DNA of 64,000 bases from an uncultured Acidobacteriota bacterium (GTDB taxonomy: Bacteria > Acidobacteriota > Blastocatellia > RBC074), in contig CAWCKY010000003.1 of NCBI GenBank assembly GCA_963796275.1, positions 1,440,001 to 1,504,000 of the forward strand. The letters are read 5' to 3'. How positions within the stretch are numbered: position 1 is the stretch's first letter; each line of letters begins with the position of its first letter. The notes under the pieces were generated by a model. It had not been told where the DNA came from. It was given only the letters and a program-made list of their open reading frames with translations, and ran no database searches. Positions 56,271 through 64,000 of this stretch are shown in pieces. The position numbers and the translations under genes were made by a program.

Positions 56271-57758
56271 ATGATCGACCCACAAGTGCAAAAGACTGAA
56301 ACGGCTGTTGTTGGGCGGCAAGCGCGGCCAGGATTGCTCGACGAAATCCTCGACAAAGGGTTGCGCGCCCGCGATGAGAGCCAGGTTGAACGGGGCAAAA
56401 ACCTCATAGCGGATTTCGTCCAACAGGCGATGCAGGGGCAGTTGGTCATGTCCAGCAACCTGGAGATGACGATCAATGCGCGCATTGCGGAGATCGACCG
56501 GCTGCTCTCGGCGCAGCTAAACGAGATCATCCATCAAGCAGCGTTCCAGAAACTCGAAGGGACGTGGCGCGGCTTGCGGCATCTCGTCTTTGAAACCGAG
56601 ACCAATAATTTGCTCAAGATCCGCGTCATGAATGTGTCCAAGAAAGAGCTGACGAGGGAGCTGGAGACCGCGATAGAGTTCGACCAGTCAGCGGTCTTCA
56701 AGGGAATCTACGAGCAGGAGTACGGTATGTTCGGCGGCGAGCCTTTCGGGCTGCTGATAGGCGATTATGAAATAAGTAATTCTTTTCAGGACATGGTTTT
56801 TCTGGAGAAGATATCCGGCGTCGCCGCCGCCGCGCACGCGCCATTCATCTCTGCCGCCGCGCCGCAGATGTTCGGCTGGGATAGCTTCACGCAAATGACC
56901 GACGTGCGGGACCTGGCGAAGATTTTCGAGCAGGTCGAGTATGGTAAATGGCGGTCATTTCGAGACTCGGAGGACTCGCGCTACGTGGGACTGACCTTGC
57001 CGCATACCTTGATGCGCATGCCTTATGGCAGAGACACTCTGCCGACCGAGACCTTCAACTTCCAGGAAGATGTCGACGGAAAAGATCACAAGAAATACCT
57101 CTGGGGAAATGCGGCTTATTCATTCGGCACGCGCGTCACCGAGGCATTCGCCCTCTATAAATGGTCGGTTGCCATTCGCGGTGTCGAAGGCGGAGGGTTG
57201 GTCATGGGGCTGCCGACCCATACTTTTGAGACGGATGATGGTGACGTCGCGCTCAAATGCCCGACGGAGCTAGCCATCACCGACCGCCGTGAAAAGGAGT
57301 TCGCCGATCTGGGTTTCATCCCGCTCGTACACTGCAAGAACCAGGACTACGCCGCCTTCTTCGGTGCGCAGTCGTGCAACAAGGCGAAGAAGTATGACGA
57401 TGAGAATGCCAATGCCAACGCACGGCTTTCGACGCAATTACAGTACATGTTCGCCGTCTCGCGGGTCGCGCATTATCTGAAATCGATCTGCCGCGACAAA
57501 GTGGGAAGTTTCATGAGCCGCATCGAGTGCGAGCGATTTCTCAATGAATGGGTCCGCAACTACGTCACGGAAGACGATAACGCATCGCCGGTCGTCAAGG
57601 CCCAGTATCCCCTACGCGATGCCAAAGTTGATGTCATGGAGGTTCCCGGCAAGCCCGGCGTATATAAGGCCATCGCTTACCTCAAGCCTCATTTCCAACT
57701 CGACGAATTGACCGTTTCTTTGCGATTGGTGGCTGAATTGCCCAGGTCTGTGGCCTGA
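56271..57758 (+). CDS. tssC: T6SS sheath large subunit TssC
   Basis: FQKLEGTWRGL, AHAPF, RMPYG, LWGNAA, IRGVEGGG, CPTE and PHFQL. Confidence 0.97.
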   Translation: MIDPQVQKTETAVVGRQARPGLLDEILDKGLRARDESQVERGKNLIADFVQQAMQGQLVMSSNLEMTINARIAEIDRLLSAQLNEIIHQAAFQKLEGTWRGLRHLVFETETNNLLKIRVMNVSKKELTRELETAIEFDQSAVFKGIYEQEYGMFGGEPFGLLIGDYEISNSFQDMVFLEKISGVAAAAHAPFISAAAPQMFGWDSFTQMTDVRDLAKIFEQVEYGKWRSFRDSEDSRYVGLTLPHTLMRMPYGRDTLPTETFNFQEDVDGKDHKKYLWGNAAYSFGTRVTEAFALYKWSVAIRGVEGGGLVMGLPTHTFETDDGDVALKCPTELAITDRREKEFADLGFIPLVHCKNQDYAAFFGAQSCNKAKKYDDENANANARLSTQLQYMFAVSRVAHYLKSICRDKVGSFMSRIECERFLNEWVRNYVTEDDNASPVVKAQYPLRDAKVDVMEVPGKPGVYKAIAYLKPHFQLDELTVSLRLVAELPRSVA

Positions 57759-57870
57759 GACACGGACCTGGGAAGGCCGCTTTATTGCAACTCACCGAAG
57801 CGGGGCGGCCGCTTCCAAACCCAATAACACTTAGCCATTCTTGGCACAATCTTGTAACTGGAGGAAATAA

Positions 57871-58359
57871 ATGGCGACTGATTGTTTTATCAAATTCGGG
57901 AATATACGTGGCGGAAGCCAGGATAGTGAATTTGCCGGTTGGCACCATGTCGAGAGCTGTAACTGGGGAGCAATGAATCCGGGTAGTTTCGCGACTAATA
58001 GCGGTGGCGGGTCTGCTAAAGTCACGATGCGAGATTTCGAATGCACGATGAAGGTCGATATAGGCTTCACATCTCTTTTTCTCGGGTGCGCTAACGGCGA
58101 GCACGTCGAGGATACGACTGTGGTTTTCCGCAGGCAGGGGAAGAACCCGCAGAAATACTTGACGATCAATTTAAAGAAATGCCTGGTCTCCGGGCTCGAT
58201 CTGAGCGGACCGGGGGGGATCGATGATTTTCCAGTGATCCATCTCCGCATCAATTATGCTTCTATGGTAGTTGAGTACAGAGACCAGAAGGACGACGGCA
58301 CACAAGGCGGCCATTTCAAGGCAGGTTGGAGTCTGAAGAAGAACGCGGAAACAGTCTAA
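57871..58359 (+). CDS. hcp: T6SS tube protein Hcp/TssD
   Basis: 162 aa; GGAGG SD; lies between tssC and tssE; GGGS.KV, CANGEH, YL.I.L and GW.L..N. Confidence 0.9.
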   Translation: MATDCFIKFGNIRGGSQDSEFAGWHHVESCNWGAMNPGSFATNSGGGSAKVTMRDFECTMKVDIGFTSLFLGCANGEHVEDTTVVFRRQGKNPQKYLTINLKKCLVSGLDLSGPGGIDDFPVIHLRINYASMVVEYRDQKDDGTQGGHFKAGWSLKKNAETV

Positions 58360-58481
58360 CGCTCGGTCATTTCGCTGAAATTAGCCACAGAGTCAAAGAG
58401 CCTACGGAGAGAACGATTTTGTCGAACAGTTATCTCCTCTTCTTTTCTCTGTAACTCGGTGGCTCCGTGGCTGATATTTTG

Positions 58482-58967
58482 ATGAACAAATACGATAACA
58501 ACATACGAATTATTCCATCCGTGCTCGACCGCCTTATCGACGAAGACCCTGATCGAGTGTTCGAACCCCCGCCATCGCGGTCGAAAAGCATCGAGGACCT
58601 CAAGCAGTCGGTCAAACGCGATTTGGAATGGCTGCTCAATACGCGGCGGGACGCCGCCGTCGCAGACTCCGGCTCGAAAGAGCTTACCAGTTCGCTGGCA
58701 ACGTTCGGGCTGCCCGACTTTTCGGCTTTCAGTCTCAAGAGCCCATCGGATCATGCGCGGATGCAGAGGATATTAGAGCAGGCGATCATCTCATTCGAGC
58801 CGCGGCTCGAGAGCGTCACGGTGACGCTGGTTCCTGTGCGCGACGTCGAGCAGAAGTTTCGATTTCGCATCGACGCGCGATTGAGAATCGAGCCGGCGCC
58901 CGAACCGGTGACTTTCGACACAGTGCTCCAGGCTGCCCGCAATCAATATACGGTAAAGGCCGAATAA
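58482..58967 (+). CDS. tssE: T6SS baseplate TssE (gp25-like)
   Basis: SVLDRL, RDLEWLLNTR, FGLPD and FEPRL. Confidence 0.95.
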   Translation: MNKYDNNIRIIPSVLDRLIDEDPDRVFEPPPSRSKSIEDLKQSVKRDLEWLLNTRRDAAVADSGSKELTSSLATFGLPDFSAFSLKSPSDHARMQRILEQAIISFEPRLESVTVTLVPVRDVEQKFRFRIDARLRIEPAPEPVTFDTVLQAARNQYTVKAE

Positions 58968-58971
58968 CCAC

Positions 58972-60855
58972 ATGCGCGACGAACTACTCAGTTATTACGA
59001 ACGCGAACTGATCTTCCTCCGCCAGATAGGCGCAGAGTTCGCCGCCAAATATCCGAAGATCGCCGGTCGATTGCTGCTAGAACCGGACAAATGCGAAGAC
59101 CCACACGTCGAACGTATGATCGAAGCCTTCGCATTTCTGGCCGGACGCATTCACTTGAAGCTGGATGATGAATTACCCGAAGTCACCGAGGCATTTCTCA
59201 ATGTGCTCTACCCGCATTACCTGGCGCCGATACCCTCGATGTCCATCGCGCGGTTCGCTTTTGACCCGGAACAGGGAAAACTGACGACCGCTTATCAAAT
59301 CGAGCGCGGTACGATCCTTTATTCACGCCCGATCCAGGGCACACCTTGCCGATTCCGTACGGCTTATCCCGTGACCCTATGGCCGATAGAGGTTGACTCT
59401 GCGGTATTCGAATCGCTCGATCCGGTCGGAAGCGGGGGCAGATGGGAAAGGGCCGAGATCAGAATCGGCTTGCATTGCATCAACAACACCCGTCTCAGTG
59501 AGCTGAAGGCCAGTCAGGATGAGAAATCGCACTTGATCGACTCTCTGCGGTTCTACCTGAGCGGGGAGCCGCAATTGGTCTATCCACTCTATGAAGCGAT
59601 ATTCAACAACGCTGTGGCTGTGGAGTTGCGTCCGAAATCGCCATCGAAGCGGAATAAGCAGGGGGACGATGTGAAGAGGGCGGTTGCGCCGATCAATCTG
59701 CCGGCATCGTGTCTGATGACTGTAGGTTTCGAGCCTGATGAGGGGTTACTCGGCTACACTGCGCGCTCCTTTATTGGATATCGTTTGTTGTCCGAGTACT
59801 TCGCATTTCCGGAGAAATTCCTGTTCTTCGACCTGGCGGGGTTGGATCTGGCGGCCAGGGAAGGTTACGGTGAGAAATTCGAGGTCGTGATCCACCTGCG
59901 CGACGTTCTGCCGCCGCGTGCGCCGGTGAGCGCCGAGACTTTCCGTTTGGGATGCGTACCGATCGTCAATTTGTTCAATAAAATCGCCGAGCCGATCGAT
60001 CTGACACAGGAACATCACGAATACCGGGTCATCCCGGATATCCATCAGCAGGGAGCGACAGAGGTCTACTCTATCGACTCGGTGACATCGGATGCGTCGT
60101 ACCTCAAGTCGGTTCACACCTTTCAGCCCTTTTATTCGTTCGGTCATGCCAGGGAGCGCGAACAGACGGGCAGTTTCTGGTACGCAACGCGTCGGCCTTC
60201 GCAGCGGAGAGACGATCTGGGCACCGAAGTTTATCTGTCTCTTGTGGATCTGGGCTTCAATCCGCGCGTGCCCGGAGTCGAGACGATCACGGCGCATGCT
60301 ACCTGCACCAATCGTGATCTTCCGGGCAAATTGCCTTTCGGGTCGGGGGCGGGCGATTTCGACATCGAGAACTCCGGTCCGTTGGCGCGTGTGCGATGTC
60401 TGCGAAAACCGACTGACACATTTCGCCCGCCTCTGCGCCGCGGCGCGCATTGGCGATTGATCTCGCATCTAGCACTTAATCACCTCTCGCTGGTTGAGGA
60501 CAAGGACGGATCGCCCGAAGCTCTGCGCGAGATTCTCATGCTTTACGACTTTCTCGATTCAGCCGCAACTCGCAAACAGATTTACGGCATCGAACGCGTG
60601 TCAGGCCGCCGTGTAGTGCGGCAGATGGGTTCGCACATCGGCGCCGGCTTCGCGCGCGGCATCGAAACGATCATAGCGTTCGACGAAAGACAATACGTTG
60701 GGGGTGGCGTCTTCCTCTTCGCTTCGGTGCTCGAAAGATTTCTGGGTTTGTATACATCAGTCAATTCGTTCAATCAGCTGGTAGCAGTGACCAAACAACG
60801 CGAAGGAGAACTAAAGCGATGGGTGCCGAGGGCAGGAGATCAGAACTTGCTTTAG
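58972..60855 (+). CDS. tssF: T6SS baseplate TssF
   Basis: YYEREL, YPKIA.RL, DPHVER, YPHYL.P.PS, EYFAFPEKF, CTNRDLP and W.LISHL.LN. Confidence 0.97.
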   Translation: MRDELLSYYERELIFLRQIGAEFAAKYPKIAGRLLLEPDKCEDPHVERMIEAFAFLAGRIHLKLDDELPEVTEAFLNVLYPHYLAPIPSMSIARFAFDPEQGKLTTAYQIERGTILYSRPIQGTPCRFRTAYPVTLWPIEVDSAVFESLDPVGSGGRWERAEIRIGLHCINNTRLSELKASQDEKSHLIDSLRFYLSGEPQLVYPLYEAIFNNAVAVELRPKSPSKRNKQGDDVKRAVAPINLPASCLMTVGFEPDEGLLGYTARSFIGYRLLSEYFAFPEKFLFFDLAGLDLAAREGYGEKFEVVIHLRDVLPPRAPVSAETFRLGCVPIVNLFNKIAEPIDLTQEHHEYRVIPDIHQQGATEVYSIDSVTSDASYLKSVHTFQPFYSFGHAREREQTGSFWYATRRPSQRRDDLGTEVYLSLVDLGFNPRVPGVETITAHATCTNRDLPGKLPFGSGAGDFDIENSGPLARVRCLRKPTDTFRPPLRRGAHWRLISHLALNHLSLVEDKDGSPEALREILMLYDFLDSAATRKQIYGIERVSGRRVVRQMGSHIGAGFARGIETIIAFDERQYVGGGVFLFASVLERFLGLYTSVNSFNQLVAVTKQREGELKRWVPRAGDQNLL

Positions 60856-61973
60856 ATCAGAAGTCCTGCGCCGGGGAGACGGGGCAGGGGCAGGGGCAGG
60901 GGCAGGGGCACGGGCACGGGCAACTGGAATGCGTGGCATATCCTGCTACTGCGCAGAGGCTATTCGATGAGCCGTACCGGTTCCAATTTTTCCAGGCGGT
61001 GCGATTACTCGAACGGCTTTTTCCCGAACGGCTGCCCGTCGGGCGCGTCAGCGAAGAAGAGCGGGTCATCGCGCCTGTCCGTGAGGTCGCTCGATTCCGC
61101 ACACACGCTGCGCTGCGCTTTCCTCCCAGCCAACTCCACGATCTGAAGAGGGCGCAATCAGGGGAAGATGGAACCGATACCAACCAGCCTCAGATGGAAG
61201 TGGCGTTTATGGGGCTGACGGGGCCGCTGGGGGTATTGCCGAACGTTTACACTGAGTTGTTGATCGAGCGGCTGCGCAAAAAAGATCGCGCGCTTCACGA
61301 GTTCCTCGATCTGTTCAACCACCGATTCATCTCATTCTTCTATCGCGCCTGGGAGAAATACCGTTTCCCGGTGGCTTACGAGCGCGCCTCCGGCGAAGAG
61401 CAGTTCACCGTATCTTTGTTCGCGCTCATCGACATGGGGACGCGCGGCTTGCGGAACCGGATGAATCTGCCGGATGAGGGATTGCTCTGCTACGGCGGAT
61501 TGATAGCGCAGCGCCCACATTCGGCGAGCGCGATCGCATCGGTCGTCGGTGATTACTTCGGAGCGACCGCGACCATCGAGCAGTTCTCGGGGCAGTGGCT
61601 CAAACTCGATGCCGGGAGCGTGTCGCGCCTGGGAACATCCAACAACACGTTGGGATCGAGCGCGGTCGCCGGAGCGCGGGTCTGGGATTGCCAGTCGAAA
61701 TTTCGCGTGAGGGTGGGGCCGTTGGGCTACCAACAGTTCACTGATTTTCTTCCGCCCGGTTCAGCATATAAGCCGTTGATGGACTTGATTCGTCTGCTCG
61801 CCGGTCCCGAGTTCGATTTCGATGTGCAGCTGGTGTTGCAGGCTGATGAAGTGCCGGGCTCGCGAACGGCGACGCGCGAGGCGAACAAATCGATGCTGGG
61901 CTGGAACAGCTGGCTGAAGACCAGAGCACTTAGTTCGGATGATGAACAGGTGGTGTTAACAAACACTGCATAA
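60819..61973 (+). CDS. tssG: T6SS baseplate TssG
   Basis: FFQAVRLLE, FMGLTGP.G.LP, FLDLFNHR and FYRAWEKY; overlaps the tssF stop. Confidence 0.96.
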   Translation: MGAEGRRSELALDQKSCAGETGQGQGQGQGHGHGQLECVAYPATAQRLFDEPYRFQFFQAVRLLERLFPERLPVGRVSEEERVIAPVREVARFRTHAALRFPPSQLHDLKRAQSGEDGTDTNQPQMEVAFMGLTGPLGVLPNVYTELLIERLRKKDRALHEFLDLFNHRFISFFYRAWEKYRFPVAYERASGEEQFTVSLFALIDMGTRGLRNRMNLPDEGLLCYGGLIAQRPHSASAIASVVGDYFGATATIEQFSGQWLKLDAGSVSRLGTSNNTLGSSAVAGARVWDCQSKFRVRVGPLGYQQFTDFLPPGSAYKPLMDLIRLLAGPEFDFDVQLVLQADEVPGSRTATREANKSMLGWNSWLKTRALSSDDEQVVLTNTA

Positions 61974-62254
61974 CATCCGGACCCGATTCAAGGAGGACGC
62001 TTTGATAAAAATGTATACACATACGGAGCCGCAATAACCAGAGACAAATTAACTTCATTATGGCAGTCGAGGATACCAGGCTACCGCTGAGGTAGAGAGG
62101 GTGCAGAGCGGCTCAGAGTTTTTAATAGTCGATTCATTCATTTTCTCAGGGCCGCCTCTGCGTTCCCTCCGCACGGTAGCGGTGGTTGAACAATGCGTCA
62201 CCCGAGCCTTGTGAATACATAGCTTTTGCAAGCCTAAGATCGAGGATAACCGCT

Positions 62255-64000
62255 ATGAACTTAAGTCCCAAATCACTAATTGCCAGGCTCAACGACACCT
62301 GCCGTATCGCTCTTGAAGGCGCGGCAGCCTTGTGCCTCTCGCGCACGAACTATGATGTCGAGCCCGAGCATTATCTGCTCAAGCTGATCGAAGGCGCTGA
62401 CACAGATATGGCGCGCATCCTGCGTCACTTTCAGATCAATACATCGCGACTGAACAGAGACCTCACGCGCGCGCTCGATCAGCTTAAGACCGGCAACGCG
62501 CGGACGCCGGCGTTATCACCGCGGTTGCCGCAATGGGTCCAGGAGGCCTGGATGCTTGCTTCGATTGAGTGCGGCGAATCGAAGATGCGTTCAGGCCACC
62601 TGGCCCTTGCTTTGATGAGCAATGATTATCTGTCGCGGCTGGCATCGGAAATCTCAGGCGAGTTCAACCGCATTCAGGGCGGGTCGCTCAGAGAGCTACT
62701 CGCCGAGATAACTGCTGGTTCCGTGGAAGCGAGAGAGGCGCTTAGTCTCGGCGATCATCGAGATCTCTCAATTGATGGTTGGTCGTCACGCGTCTCCGGC
62801 CCAACCGAATCGCTCGATCAATATACGGTCGATCTTACCGCCCGCGCACGCGAGGGCCGGATCGATCCCGTGCTCGGGCGCGATTTCGAGATTCGGCAGG
62901 TAGTGGATATTCTCACTCGCCGCCGCCAGAACAATCCCATTCTCACCGGTGAAGCGGGCGTCGGAAAGACCGCCGTGGTCGAAGGCTTCGCGATCCGCAT
63001 TGCCGAGGGGGATGTGCCCGAACCGCTCAGGAATGTTTCCCTGCGAACGCTCGATCTGGGCCTGTTGCAGGCGGGCGCGGGAATCAAAGGTGAGTTCGAG
63101 AATCGTTTAAAATCGGTAATAGAAGAAGTCAAGGGCTCGCCGCAACCGATCATCCTCTTCATCGATGAAGCCCATACAATGATCGGCGCGGGCGGGCAGG
63201 CTGGGCAGAGCGACGCCGCGAACCTGCTCAAGCCGGCACTCGCACGTGGCGAACTGCGAACCATTGCGGCTACCACCTGGGCTGAATATAAAAAATATTT
63301 CGAAAAGGACGCGGCCCTCGCCCGTCGATTCCAGGTGGTCAAAGTCGAAGAGCCGACCGAGGGGCAGGCCATTGTCATGATGCGCGGGCTGACGGCGATC
63401 TTAGAGAAGCATCACCAGGTCAGGATATTGGACGAAGCCGTTGCCGACGCCGTCAAGCTCTCGCACCGCTATATCTCAGGCCGCCAGTTGCCCGATAAAT
63501 CGGTGAGCGTGCTCGACACTGCCTGCGCCAGGGTCGCCCTCGGGCAGGGCGCGACTCCGCCGGCGATAGAAGATGCGACTCGCCGAGTCGCGCAATACAA
63601 CGTCGAGAGCCATGCGCTCGAACGCGAGGCAGCTACCGGCGTCGATCACGCCGCCAGAATAGCGGGGCTGAGTGCGGCAAGAAACAGCGACGAAGGGCGG
63701 CTGGCGCGGCTCAATGGACAATGGGAGAGGGAACGCGAGCTGATCGGCCAAATTCGGGCCATTCGGATAAAGCTCGAATCGCTCGCTGTCGAGAAACCGG
63801 ATTTCACCAATAATGGTGAGGCCTCATTGCGCGTAGAACTGGCTCAATTGAACGATGAACTACAACAGGTGCAGGGCGAGACACCTTTAATGCAGCCGTT
63901 CGTCACCTCTCAAACGATCGCTGAAGTGATCTCAGGCTGGACGGGAATCCCCATCGGCAAAATGCTGGCCGATGATATCAGTACTGTATTGCAATTGAAG
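62255..64000 (+). CDS. tssH: T6SS AAA+ ATPase TssH/ClpV; 3' end runs off the window
   Basis: Not in the ORF track. Manual translation gives MNLSPKSLIARLN..CR.ALEGAAALCLSRTNYDVE.EH, IDPVLGRD.EIRQ, RRRQNNPILTGEAGVGKT, FIDEAH and RQLPDK. Confidence 0.96.
   Translation, partial: MNLSPKSLIARLNDTCRIALEGAAALCLSRTNYDVEPEHYLLKLIEGADTDMARILRHFQINTSRLNRDLTRALDQLKTGNARTPALSPRLPQWVQEAWMLASIECGESKMRSGHLALALMSNDYLSRLASEISGEFNRIQGGSLRELLAEITAGSVEAREALSLGDHRDLSIDGWSSRVSGPTESLDQYTVDLTARAREGRIDPVLGRDFEIRQVVDILTRRRQNNPILTGEAGVGKTAVVEGFAIRIAEGDVPEPLRNVSLRTLDLGLLQAGAGIKGEFENRLKSVIEEVKGSPQPIILFIDEAHTMIGAGGQAGQSDAANLLKPALARGELRTIAATTWAEYKKYFEKDAALARRFQVVKVEEPTEGQAIVMMRGLTAILEKHHQVRILDEAVADAVKLSHRYISGRQLPDKSVSVLDTACARVALGQGATPPAIEDATRRVAQYNVESHALEREAATGVDHAARIAGLSAARNSDEGRLARLNGQWERERELIGQIRAIRIKLESLAVEKPDFTNNGEASLRVELAQLNDELQQVQGETPLMQPFVTSQTIAEVISGWTGIPIGKMLADDISTVLQLK

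Noticed and set aside
57842-57857. TGGCAC...TTGT upstream of hcp as a sigma54 promoter
   Set aside because: The spacing is one base short, the -12 GC is absent, and it lies too close to the RBS. The TGGCAC at ~40324 also lacks a correctly spaced -12 element.
62146-63751. Minus-strand ORFs at the right end
   Set aside because: They are shadows of clpV (62255 to beyond 64000).

Overview
This 64 kb window looks like an Acidobacteriota (Blastocatellia-like) chromosome, judged from gene style only. From left to right it holds: (1) the 5' part of a B12-dependent acyl-CoA mutase large subunit carrying isobutyryl-CoA-mutase signature residues, plus a ZIP transporter; (2) a dcw cluster (mraZ-rsmH-ftsL-ftsI-murEF-mraY-murD-ftsW-murG-murC-ftsQAZ) with a sigma70 promoter and MraZ boxes, where ftsL and murC carry small indels that are probably assembly errors; (3) an Hfq-like protein with an (Arg-Asp)15 tract, pdxA, a bipolar acidic/histone-H1-like protein, an oxidoreductase, a CDGSH protein, citrate synthase, a probable UGA-recoded glutaredoxin-like selenoprotein, a DmpA-like peptidase with a Na+/solute symporter, a TetR mini-regulon, CtpA, mlaEFD, rhodanese and DUF1028; (4) from about 40.9 kb to the end, a type VI secretion locus (tssK-L-M-A-B-C-hcp-E-F-G-clpV). 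No tssJ is visible before tssK. In its place is a six-gene exported module: a TagR-like FGE-fold protein, two DUF4384-like paralogues, a trypsin-like protease, and two proteins that together carry one intact and two catalytically dead lytic-transglycosylase domains. This module is the best candidate for an undescribed system. No rRNA, tRNA, CRISPR array or transposase was recognised. All domain calls are by eye, without database searches.
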